Source: Euprymna scolopes
Taxonomy: Eukaryota
Direction: 5' to 3' (one strand)
Assembly: GCA_053919585.1 (NCBI GenBank)
Contig: CM132787.1
Length of the DNA stretch: 64,000 nt
How positions within the stretch are numbered: the first letter of the stretch is position 1; the number at the start of each line of letters is the position of its first letter. The position numbers were made by a program, and so were the translations under genes. The notes under the pieces are model-generated. The model saw only the letters and a program-made list of their open reading frames with translations, was not told the DNA's origin and did not search any database. This document shows positions 1 to 12,077 of this stretch, piece after piece.

Positions 1-2099
1 TAGTTAGAATAATATTATACTAAATATATTGTATAGATTTTATGCTCGATATACATACAAGCGACGAAGGAACATTGTCATCAAATATTGACTTTTCATA
101 TCTCAACTGAATTGTATTTTATATGTTTTAACTTAGAAACATTGAAGTCTTCTCTGAAAGTCGATCAGATGCAACTAAATTCTTTATATTTTGTCCGGTT
201 TAAAAGGTCAGTTGCCATTGGTGTAATTCTTGACATTTCAGACTTTAGAAATTCTGAAATGGCATAAAAACGCCAGACTTTTCTATGTTAATTCTGAATA
301 AAGCTTATATTGATCATTCTTGTCCGCATTGCAAAATCGGTCAACAGTTAGTGGTTACTTCCGGTAGGTTTCCGGGGTGTCTGTTAAGTACAAATGCCAA
401 AAGCTAAAACATTGCTATAGATGCAATAGAGAAACAACATGTCGATTATCATATGCATATAGTAGACTAGGTTGCAGCAAGGGATGTTGAGTTATTTAAA
501 TACGGAACCAAAATGAGTATACATATATACTTTCAGTTATGAGAATATGGAAGTGAACTGTGATAAATTGCAAATATAATAATTATTACATTAGGAAGCC
601 ATCAAAACTGACGCCATCTTATTTTAAAAAATGCTGTACAGCTGAATACATATACACATACATGGAAACATTATGTAGCCTTGTCCAAAAAGTATTATGT
701 GTTGATATTAACCAATTGTTGTTTTCGAATATGTATACGCAGAATGCTGTTCGACTTATCATTACGTAATTAACATTTATTTAATAATTTACTAAAATGC
801 TAAGATAAAATATAATCCTGTCATATTTTGATTAATTTAATTCTTTTTTACATTTAGGTCACATAAAATAGTTTCTATTGCAGACAGATAACCGTGTTTA
901 TAGTTCTAAATACAATTTCAAAATCATTATTAATATAATGTTCATAGCTTATCATAAAATACAAAAAAAAACACAGATATACTATTTATTAATCAATACA
1001 AAACATCGATTAATGTTACATATGGAATTACAATGTGCGATCAGAACTTATTGAAGTAGCTCAAAATGTGGTTGTGCTAGAGACGTTGATAAGCTCATTA
1101 TATTTTACAAAATGTATAATCAACATGATATTTCAATGATGAATCTACTTTTCAATTCTTCCGGGGTATGACTTGATCGTCCCCAATTTTTACTTTATCC
1201 GGCTATGATATTTTCCCGGATTTAGACAATTTCATCGATGGGGAAAATTATGGTGCAAATAAGAGAGTGTTTATTCATCTCTACATTTCTCAGACTTGAT
1301 CTAGAAAAATCTAGTTGATAGAAAGCGGTCAAATATATTCACACTAAAGTGAATATGCCGTTATTTACAACACGTGTGCGCATTTCTAACATATTTCGAT
1401 GCCTAATGTGATGGCCATTGTTATCTTGGTGCTTTTCTTTTACTATTTCACGTTGCCTCGACATGTAAAACAATCATCTGTTACCATACGTTAGGAATAT
1501 TTATTAATCTAATCTTCACAATCCATAAGAAAATATATGTAACCGAATTAATTAAAAAAAAGAGGATAATTGTTTTTGCTCAGCCTCACTCCATTGGTAT
1601 ATATTTAAACAATTATATTCATGATAGTACACTATTATGTTCAGATTCAACTGAATGCAACACAATTAACTAATATATATATACGACGCACATCGGCGAT
1701 GAGCATTGTTACACACGACAATTTAAAAAAGGTGAGCCGAATGCAAGAAGCCAAACAAGTTACTCGCTTTTCCCAACATATATTTCATGATACAAACTTG
1801 ATAATAATTATGTGCAGAGTTGATTTTATAATTATGATAAATTAAACCAAACAAGGAAAAAACTAGGTACCCGGTTTTTTAACTCAACATAGATAAATTT
1901 GAGGTAAATAATGATTAAGAAAAATATATAAAATAAAAAGTGGTGGGGGCAAATAGAATAATAAAACAAAGAAAAAATCAGATAGAAACTATATTAAGTC
2001 ATAAAAGATTTTCTCTTAGTTTTTAAATAGATGGTCTTAAGGATTAATATAGATAGTTTCTAAAATGCTCAAGTGAACGGGAGAGTGTGACCTGATCAA

Positions 2100-3351
2100 A
2101 CCGCATAAAAATTCGACAATGAAGTTTAAAGTGCAGGTACGGTTATTTATCAAAGTCTCACAGATAGCAGAACCATAGAGATACATTAACTTTTTAGCAC
2201 ACCTACGTGTCTAGGCGGCAATGATAGAATGTAAAACTTACCATGGTATGCAAAACTCAGATCTCTTTCTGTTCTTACATTAAATCTTATGAATCGTCTC
2301 CACGGTATAACACAGGACAATATTGATCATTTTTCCGAATTGTTGATATCACCATTAGGATGTAGCTTCGTTTCTTAAGAAGTATATAGTCACTGGTTGC
2401 TTCTTAAGGAGCAATCCAAAGTTGTATTGGATAAGCTAGTGCACATGTGCTCAATATGACACCACATAGATATATCAAATTGGGTACCTGGTCAGATGCA
2501 GATATTCCTACAATGTCCAATTCTAATGGTTATCATTAAGTAGACCATACACATCCTTGAAGGTATTCATATTTTGACCTCTGATTATGTTTAAGATAAT
2601 AAAGCGTTCTAATTTGTTTAATGATAAATGTTGGATAGCCTTTTAATTTTACATGGTGGTATATCATGTAGAGTCTAAGGATGTAATGTAAAACTGGATC
2701 TGTTATAGGATTCGAAATTTCTGCACTGATAATTAGGTCTATGTTAAAGTATTTCCAATTCTTTTCAAGCCAAGTCAGATGGTAAGATATGGTAATCCTC
2801 TTTTCTACCATCAACAGTGTATATGTGTGCTACTACCACTTCGAAACTGTTTAATTTCGTAAGGAGTCTGACAGGAGTAGCAAGCTTTAGATAAAAAGGC
2901 ACTTGCGGTAAAATCATGGAGATCATGTGACTGTTAATTCAGAATTACTTCTTTCACAATTTCATGTTATTTCGGAAATCTGCAGTTCAATGTATTTGCA
3001 CATAGAGTATTACATCATCTGTGTATATGCATACTAGTATTGAGTTCTTACAAAATCTAGCTGGTAAAATGGTAAGTTGGTACATATTTTCTGTAAACCA
3101 ATCAATATCTAATGAGTTTTCAAGTGAAAGCAGTCGGCAAGTCTTATATCGCTTTGCTTTGTTTTAATGTAAGTAAGCTTTTCATGCTCTATTTTAGGAT
3201 ACATGCCAAATATATATTGTTGGAATAGCTTTCTACATTTAATAGGCATTTTCAAACCAATGCCATTGATAATAGCCCTGTACGCGGAGAAATAGTTACG
3301 TGATGTATTCTTTCTATTGTTTACACTTTCTAGTAAGAATCTGTTTTTCAC
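2100..3351 (-). mobile_element. Degenerate Helitron Rep/helicase coding relic, heavily deleted
   Basis: ORF 3109-3351 contains RKLFQQYIFGMYPKIEHEKLTYIKTKQ, resembling the Helitron_like_N motif RLFQQxxVDMYAKIExERLxYI. ORF 2536-2814 contains EKRITISYHLTWL...IDLIISAEISNPITDPVLHYI, resembling the Rep HUH region (KRGLPHxHxLxW...IDxIISAEIPDP). Weaker GLL-NDNH-W-TL and Pif1-like remnants follow downstream. Many stops and frameshifts. Confidence 0.75.
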
Positions 3352-3480
3352 ACAATGAAATCATACACCTGCTACACCGCGGTGAGTTCCCTACAAGAGT
3401 ATGCAATCAATCGATATTATTGATAAAATGGGCGATTTAGCAATCAAATATTCTCATTCAAGTCGGGTCACTCTTCTAAT

Positions 3481-3483
<3 letters not shown>

Positions 3484-3538
<55 letters not shown>
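3484..3538. repeat. (TA)n microsatellite
   Basis: Pure TA run. Similar runs at ~3758-3805, 12002-12064, 13526-13573, 16780-16812, 26197-26268, 31497-31549, 36052-36104, 38137-38179, 38522-38575, 39245-39298, 41628-41666, 45839-45873 and 60738-60770. Confidence 0.97.
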
Positions 3539-3542
<4 letters not shown>

Positions 3543-3544
3543 AT

Positions 3545-3700
3545 AAAGTTATCCAATATACTACTGGTGTAGAAACCCAGTGATACTTGCTCTTTCAAAA
3601 TATTATTGGCTGCAATATTTTATAAAGGCAATCCCAGCTAAAAAAAATTGTCCAATATACCAGATAGTACAAAAATATCAAATTTTAGCAATTCAATCAT
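3545..3700. repeat. Short interspersed repeat, paralogous to the sequence interrupted by the Academ element
   Basis: ctactggtgtagaaacccagtgat...attattggctgcaatattttataaaggcaatcccagctaaa matches the 31560-31604 flank (ctacttgtgtgcagatctagtgat) joined to the 35731-35772 flank (attattggatgtaatattttatataaggcaattccagctaaa). Confidence 0.65.
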
Positions 3701-3752
3701 TTAAATTTAACCATTACAATTAACCATTTCCCACCCAAAATTTTGAATTATT

Positions 3753-3806
<54 letters not shown>

Positions 3807-3808
<2 letters not shown>

Positions 3809-3836
3809 TAGAAAAGTTACCCGCGCTTTCTCGAGA
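3807..3836 (-). mobile_element. Helitron-type 3' terminus (hairpin + CTAG)
   Basis: Minus strand reads ctcgagaaagcgcggg-taactttt-CTAGT: an imperfect GC hairpin a few nt before CTAG, abutting a (TA)n tract. Confidence 0.5.
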
Positions 3837-4850
3837 ATTAGTTAAAATATGATAGAGTAGATCAATGGTTATTGCTTATGTCTGAACCTTTTTATAATGT
3901 GTATTTTATACATATTCGTGCGACACAGTTTTATCTTATCTACAAATATTGTAAATTTCTTTAACAACGCTTAGTTGTCTCCTATACATCGATCTGTGTT
4001 AATCAGCTTTCGTTGATCGATTCTTCAAAGGTTCAGTTTCATATATGCATTTACACTTTACATATATTTACTGTATTCATATTTGCATTATGCATGAATA
4101 AATATTGATTACTGATCTATACATGAGCGTAGATCGATATAAATATTATTCGTCTGAATTGATTCCTACAATTTAGATGGTTTTACATCAGATGTGTGTT
4201 ATTATACTAGCAGTGATTATATATATGCATATATATATATATAATATATATATATGTGTGTGTGTGGGTGTGTGTCACGGTATGAAAGAATGAGTGTTAT
4301 TTATTTTAGTGTAGTATTGTCATACATATATACATCTCTGAGACGTTCACCTCCTTGATCTTTTACATCTCAGTTATAACTAGAATATGCATCGATAAAT
4401 TTGCAGATGCAATACATGCATCTTCTTATACATGCGACCGACTCACATTTCTATTATACTATCCCCATATCTATTCTTACCCTTTGCATTATGATTTTTT
4501 CTGGCTCAACGATTTATTAAATACATATTAGTGATTTACTTGAACACTCTCAATAAATTTTTCCGATGGACTATGATAAGTAAGATAGCAGTTAATTATC
4601 CAGAATACATGCGGATAATGTTATTATATAGGTGTGTGTAAAATTCAGTTAAAAACTGAAAATTCAATATATGCGTAGAATACTACTAGCGTATTTTGCG
4701 CTCATGCTCATAAAAGGGAATTTCTTTCTCATAAACTTTGTTCGATTTTAAGTGCATCGTTTTGTTCAATCGCTTAAACTAGTTGTGTTGATTCTTAAAC
4801 TATTAAGTATTCCTCAGCGATAAGTATTCACAAACAATTTCGCATTTTCC

Positions 4851-6121
4851 ATTACTCTATGATTAGTTCTACTTATATATGGCATATTCAAACTTATAAA
4901 CGTCACAATCATTACTCTATGATTAGTTCTACTTATATATGGCATATTCAAACTTATAAACGTCATAATCATTACTCTATGATTAGTTATACTTATATAT
5001 GGCATATTCATACTTATAAACGTCATAATCATTACTCTATGATTAGTTCTACTTATATATGGCATATTCAAACTTATAAACGTCATAATCATTACTCTAT
5101 GATTAGTTCTACTTATATATGGCATATTCAAACTTATAACCGTCATAATCATTACTCTATGATTAGTTATACTTATATATGGCATATTCATACTTATAAA
5201 CGTCATAATCATTACTCTATGATTAGTTCTACTTATATATGGCATATTCAAACTTATAAACGTCATAATCATTACTCTATGATTAGTTATACTTATATAT
5301 GGCATATTCAAACTTATAAACGTCATAATCATTACTCTATGATTAGTTCTACTTATATATGGCATATTCAAACTTATAAACGTCATAATCATTACTCTAT
5401 GATTAGTTCTACTTATATATGGCATATTCAAACTTATAAACGTCATAATCATTACTCTATGATTAGTTATACTTATATATGGCATATTCATACTTATAAA
5501 CGTCATAATCATTACTCTATGATTAGTTCTACTTATATATGGCATATTCAAACTTATAAACGTCATAATCATTACTCTATGATTAGTTATACTTATATAT
5601 GGCATATTCAAGCTTATAAACGTCATAATCATTACTCTATGATTAGTTCTACTTATATATGGCATATTCAACTTATAAACGTCATAATCATTACTCTATG
5701 ATTAGTTATACTTATATATGGCATATTCATACTTATAAACGTCATAATCATTACTCTATGATTAGTTATACTTATATATGGCATATTCATACTTATAAAT
5801 GTCATAATCATTACCCTATGATTAGTTCTACTTATATATGGCATATTCAAACTTATAAACGTCATAATCATTACTCTTTGATTAGTTATACTTATATATG
5901 GCATATTCAAACTTATAAACGTCATAATCATTACTCTATGATTAGTTCTACTTATATATGACATATTCAAACTTATAAACGTCATAATCATTACTCTATG
6001 ATTAGTTATACTTATATATGGCATATTCATACTTATAAACGTCATAATCATTACTCTATGATTAGTTTTACTTATATATGGCATACTCATACTTATAAAC
6101 GTCATAATCATTACTCTATGA
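4851..6121. repeat. Tandem minisatellite, 60-bp unit, ~21 copies
   Basis: Unit ATTACTCTATGATTAGTT(C/A)TACTTATATATGGCATATTCA(A/T)ACTTATAAACGTCATAATC repeats in register with the 60-nt lines. One 1-bp deletion near 5671. No unique spacers. Confidence 0.98.
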
Positions 6122-6189
6122 CTAATCATATTTATATACAACATAGTCGTACTTATATACGGCATATTAACGTTTGACACACCGGTTCC

Positions 6190-6485
6190 CGTCAGAAAAC
6201 CGACGTTAAGCAACGATGAGTATGTCCAGTACAAGATATGTGGCACTTTTGGACCTCTAGGTGATGTATGTGCTCTCCGCTTATCTCGGTATTGGAGGCA
6301 GACGTTCTGGACTTCCCCTTGCCACTGGACCCGTGCAGTGTTGATTCAGAAGAGGTGTGGTTGAAGATTGCGCAACACTTGCCACACAATTATACGCGGA
6401 GATGCTCTTACAAGGGGTATCCTTTGTTTCCGGACTGAACTGAAGTATCTGCTGATTAGTCAGATGATTAAAATCTTGGCATCTC
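6190..6485 (-). mobile_element. Possible Academ-type transposase C-terminal fragment
   Basis: GC-richer island. Minus-strand frames give SPERLPPIPR then HIHHLEVQK, resembling the PERLPPT...H..R..LQV..W segment, whose counterpart (FPPTSGALKQH...MVW) is seen in the 31601-35730 element. Confidence 0.35.
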
Positions 6486-8116
6486 AAATATAATTTAGAT
6501 TAAAGTTAATATATAATACAAATGAAACTAATATATTTGATGTATTTTAAATTTTTATATGTGTAATTTGTATCTAATGAGAAAAATGTGACTTGTAAAA
6601 TAGTATAACTGCAATTGACACATCTATCAGTTGTGAACGTCAATTGAATTAGACGATTTTAGGTCTGGATTTCACTCCTGTATCAGTTAAATGCAGATTT
6701 TTCCTAAACATTGAAGCATCAGATTATACATTTGAAATGCATATTAATTTCCAAAATTATTTTCTTACATAATATTTAGAATGTCACAGGTTAGAAATTT
6801 TGAGCTATTGCGCAAACTATGTGAAAATTCCCTTTTATTCCGACAGTTTAACTTACAAGGCTTAGAATTAATTGCTTACTTAACTAAGTTAATCTACTGA
6901 TCCATCCTTTTTTTATCTGTTGAAAAATGCCACGATGCTTATAAAATATATCTTTCATATCTAACTTTAATAAAATAGATGTTCGCGATAATGCCAGTTT
7001 TTTTAGGAATTCTGAGATTATTACATAGCGTGCTAATCGCTACAAGAAATTATGAAGTAAATATATTTTGATTATATAAAACATGCTAGAAATTATGAAA
7101 GTACATGCCTAGCAAACATTTACACCATTTAAAAACAACGTTATTGTTTTTTTTTATTGCAAATGTAATATGGCGCCGTATACGCAGGGGAACGGATTCA
7201 TGTACTGCAACCTCGGCGAATAGTGTGTGGGTGACGATCTAAATCCCTAAGAATGGGATCCTCTTGACTGCGACACTCTATCACTTTAGCCCTCTAGAGA
7301 TCAAAACGGCCTGATTGTATCACGCCATATTCTAATTCTAAGCTTATTATTATATCTGATTTTTCACAAGGTTAACATGTTACTTTTGCATTTTTATTCA
7401 CTCTTCAAATATATATTGCGAAAAATGTTGCTTATGATAATTCCTATCCAGAATAAATTAGCAATATGTAGGAGCAACGTTTACGAAGCGTAATAATTAA
7501 TTTCTTTCGAGTGAAATACTTTCGAAGAGCGATACAACAACTTCTTTGAAATATATCCTTCTAAGTGTAAAGTTTGCAAGGAGTATTTTTTTAGTATTTC
7601 TCAGAACAATATTCGTGCATTGGCTGTGAGATTTTCCGTCTATTAGTTATGTGTTTTGGGTGAATCACGTGCTGAGAGAAGGTTTTATAATAATAAAAAT
7701 AAGAAGAAGAAGAAGAAGAAGAAGAAAAATAAGAATATGATCACGTGCTCTATATTTGAAAACAAATCTACATTAAATAATATTAACATAGGCAATACAC
7801 CTTAAAGACACTTAAATATCACGTTTTATTTATTTATCGTCTTGTGAAGGAATATAGACAAACACATTGCATTTACACGCCGTAATAAGGAACACAATTG
7901 TAAAATATATGACACGGGGTAATCAACTATTTAACTTACTTGTTTAAATGAGTATCCAGAGAAATGCCAAACAGAAGATGAGAAAAATCATTACAAGAAT
8001 TAGAAGTGTGAGCGTGTATGTGTGCACATCTCTTGGTCTCCTATTACTATGGATGTAAGTAATAGATCATATATTTAAAGGAAACTAATTAGGAGTCAAT
8101 TATGTTTTAGTATTTT

Positions 8117-8535
8117 AGTAGTATTTCAGTCTGGCGTTGCCCGGGTGTTTGGGTGTGTATGTTGAGCAAAAAAAAAAAATTGGTAGTAGGAAGGCAAGCT
8201 CGAACCCGTACCGTAAAGGAGGAAAAGAACGCGGTAAAATCTAACGTTTATGCTGTTACGACCACCGCCAAACCGGAAGTGGCATTTTCTTTTAAATTAA
8301 GGCTAGACAATCGAAAGGAGAGGATAAGTTTAAAAAATATCGGCGAAAAAAGTGACCCCCCTGTAGAAAAGGGCCGCGTTGAAGGGGAAGATATTAATGT
8401 TTTTAGCCAATGTTTCGATATTGTCGTATGAAAAGTCGACCTTTAAAACGATACTAATCTTGGTAAAGTCCGTCGCCTCTATTGAAAGTTTAAGGCAGAC
8501 ATGAAAACATACATACATACATTTATATATTGGTA
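8117..8535 (-). mobile_element. Non-autonomous Helitron-like element
   Basis: Minus-strand 3' end aaacacccgggcaacgccagactgaaatactact (hairpin + decayed CTAG) shares aaacacccgggcaac with ~54526-54540. The 5' end has a (TGTA)n tract as in Lep1/DINE-like non-autonomous Helitrons. Confidence 0.55.
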
Positions 8536-8539
8536 ACTA

Positions 8540-8964
8540 AAAATTTTCCAACAAACTTATGAAAAAGCTTGCCCTATCTCTGAATACCCTTTATGTAAAA
8601 ATTTCAAATATTTAGACCAGAAACTGCTGAGTAATTTGGAAGAGACCGCAGAGGTCAATTTTTTAAAAAATTTTACCCCTATTATGTCCCCTTAAAATGT
8701 ATTGTTTTGGGCTCAAATTCAGTTATTAACTTTAATCCATGTCCAGGGAATATATATCTAAAATTTCAAATGCGTAGACCCAAAATTTTCGGACGAGTTT
8801 AGTAGAGTTCTCATTCTTTATTACTGTGTATAAATGCAATGTGTTTCCCAAATATCAGTACCCTGTATGAAAAATTTCGTATCTGTAGGCTTAAAATTGA
8901 CAGAGTTATTGCGTAGGGAAATGTACACAGACACACAGACACTTTCACTTATATATATATATAC

Positions 8965-9009
<45 letters not shown>

Positions 9010-9010
9010 T
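8540..9010 (-). mobile_element. Non-autonomous Helitron/DINE-like element with internal subrepeats
   Basis: Three related subrepeats (tatgtaaaaatttcaaatatttagacc; tatctaaaatttcaaatgcgtagacc; tatgaaaaatttcgtatctgtaggc). Terminal acacagacacacagacactttcactt followed by a TA tract. Confidence 0.45.
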
Positions 9011-10074
9011 TTCTTTTGTTTCAGTCTTATTTGAATCTCAAATCTCAAAGTAAATCAAACTTCTATCACTCACAGCAACTATCACAACATAATACATTTA
9101 AAACAGTAATGACAATGTAGGTACACCGATATATATATATATGTGCGTGTGTGTGTACTAGCTAGCCTATATACCGGTGTTTCATGGTGGCAGTTTCGCT
9201 CAAAGCCCGAGAAACTACTCTGAAGCCCACGCTTAAAAAAAGTCATATAATTATCTAGTACATTATCGTATTGCTTGTGGTAACAACTGTTTGCGATACA
9301 AAAATCACGGGCACTGGCGTCAGTGGCCAAATTGAATGCATATATCTCCAACTCCCGGGTGTTATATTTAGTGGCAGCTTGTAAAAGTAATTGGTTTTCA
9401 TTGTTGGAGCTCTTGTTAGTGGAGATTATTGTTAATTTATAACAGTTACTTGCCGCTACATGGCCATCGTAGTATTCGCTCCGTTGCTGTAGATATTATA
9501 GCAAAACACATATTTTGTACATATGAATAATACGGACCGTACTATATTTGACATCTTACGTTCAAGGAACAAATCCAAGGTTATTAAATAGTGATCTACC
9601 TCGCATGTTAAGAGCGAATTAAATAATAATAACGCTATTTCTTCAGCAAGGTTCGTGATCTGCAATCAACGCTTCTATTAAATATGCAAAGCCAGAAGAG
9701 GATATAGCAATTTCATTGATTCTATTCCAGAAAATATGTGACGGTATAACGCAATAGCTCTAAAAGTCTATGTACTCTAAAAAAAATAACAATCACATGT
9801 TTATATCGAAATATATATAAATGCCCGATTACGTTATGGCAATGAATGTGAAACCCTGCATATGCAATGGATGTCATAAGGACATTTATAAACCGTGGTA
9901 ATAATATGTATCAATGCCCGTAATCTGTTTTACTAGTAAAACGTGTAACGTTTTGTTTAGAGGTAACACTGAAAGGAATATTAAAACCTTTAAACTATCG
10001 AGTTATAATGTATTGAGGACGGGACCCCGTAGTCAATTAATACCGTGACTCTTAAGTTGCATGTCAGAAATTGT

Positions 10075-10715
10075 ATAGAACGCAACTAAGAAAAAAAGGT
10101 CAACCTATAAAGAAAAAGGAGAAGGGAAGGGTACAAGGAGAAACGTGTAATAGAAATAAAACGTGGAATACGAGAAAGGAAAAAAAGAAGAAAAAGATAG
10201 AAATCAATAATGAAGATGGAGATACGTATGAAGTAGCTAAAAAAGAAAAAAAGTAAACCAAATGTCATAGAGTAAAAGAAGAAAAAATGGAAGGAAAAAG
10301 TCGAAAAATCGTTGCAGAGCGAGAAGCCTTTTGAAACGAAGATTAAGAAAGAAATGTAGAAAAAGTAGAACACGCTGCAGATTAATAACCATACTTATTA
10401 TAGTATGTTAAAATAAGGATTAAGAGGTAGAAAAAAGAATAGAAAAAATACAAGATCAGAAGTAAAAAAAAATAAAATAATAATTAGGAGGCGCAGAAGA
10501 TAGTGAAAAAGAGGAAGACATGAAGACGTAAAGATAAAGAAGATAAAAATACGGAGAAAGAAGAGGAAGAACTACAAGACGAAAAGAATAAGAGAATGAA
10601 TATGGCGCAAAAAAGAAAGGCAGGAGGTAAAAAAAGGAAGACCAGGAAGAAATGCCAGGGAATTGAGACGCAAACTATAAACAAAATCCTAACGAAAAAG
10701 TAGTAACAGGTCACG
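10075..10715. repeat. Purine-rich (A/G) low-complexity tract
   Basis: Strong A/G bias. The ORFs here are K/E-rich or F/L-rich compositional artefacts. Confidence 0.7.
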
Positions 10716-11999
10716 TGATGTTATAACTCCAACACAGATATTGCACGCTGAAGAGAGCACATTTTAAAAATATAAGCCATGTAGTTTTAGTAGTGATTAC
10801 ATATTCTGCTGTGGGTAAAATAGCGGGAGATAGTATTCTTTTGATAAAAATGACTAATTCTAACGCTACGGCGTTTGTCAGACTGTTTTCCGTCATTCGA
10901 CTGAACTTAGAATTGAAAGGGAGCGGGCTATTCTCTGAAATGTTATGCCGACGTTATATGTATGAAACTAATCCATTTAGAAAGAGGATTAATTACCCGG
11001 TGTTATGTAGCTAAGTATTACTGGCGGTGATTTTTAATTTTAATTTTTAATTTTTTTTTAAACATTAAAGACAAACAGATTTTCCTCCTACAATTCTGAG
11101 ACCCTCTCTCAACACAGGGTCTCATCGGAGGAGTAATTATAACTGTTATAGAAAGTTGAAGTAAATGTGCGTAGTCATGTGCGTAAACACCTTGCAGGAT
11201 GAGGTTGTTCTTTACTCAACCTATTTTATACGAGAAAATGTTTGAAGTTCGCTGCTTTAAAAATATACCAGTACAAATACCGGGATTTCACGTCTGCAAA
11301 TGTAGTGATCTTTATTTTACCTTTGTTATATTAAAATCAACGATGATAGGCATAATACATATGTACTCTTAAATCTTAAAAAAAACTGACATTTAAATAA
11401 ACATATTTGTGGTTTAAATATGAGCTTACTTTATGTGTCCTAAGATCGTCGCTATAAGGCAAAACAATCGCAATGTTTCCAAAGTTTAGGGCAATTTACT
11501 ATAAAAAAAGAACGAATTCAGCTAATATATCAGTTTCAATAGTTCTTCCTCGTCATATTATAAACTCTAAAGTATTTCAGATGACATATTTTTGGGAGTA
11601 TTTTAGATTAGCTTGAATATTAAAAAAAGAAAACCGGAAGTCCGTGTCGAAGATGAGATTAATGTTTCAATAAAACTTTAATTAAGAAAAGAAACGGATA
11701 TTTGATATTCGATTTCAGACTTTGCCAGTCTAAAATTATACGTACTTTTTGATTGAATACAAAAGTGGGAAGAAAAGAGTTTCCGAATAGGAAGTAATAG
11801 CGGGGTTTAACTTCCGTTGAAACGAAACAGAATATGAAATCTGAGAGGACGGTTAGTTGTTTTTTAAACAGTCTAATATTACGAGATGTCTTAACAAATC
11901 TGTATATTTATATAGAGGTATTAATATCAAATTATACGTCAGGAATAAATTATATTTTTCTCCAAATACATATGCACACAAATATACGCATTAAGCTTT

Positions 12000-12077
<78 letters not shown>

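Noticed and set aside
1000-1800. Possible very old Tc1-like relic (NDESTFQF)
   Set aside because: Only one short motif is convincing, which is too little to annotate.
3401-3583. ORFs with IYIYIY runs (also ~11834-12203, 26088-26436, 39116-39394, 41580-41768)
   Set aside because: Translations of (TA)n microsatellites.
4851-6121. CRISPR-like array
   Set aside because: Units are contiguous and near-identical with no unique spacers. No cas genes; eukaryotic context.
9157-9190. Another Helitron-type CTAG terminus
   Set aside because: The hairpin is too imperfect to support the call.
10071-10714. K/E-rich and F/L-rich ORFs (also 27486-27683, 29085-29608)
   Set aside because: Compositional artefacts of purine- or pyrimidine-rich tracts.
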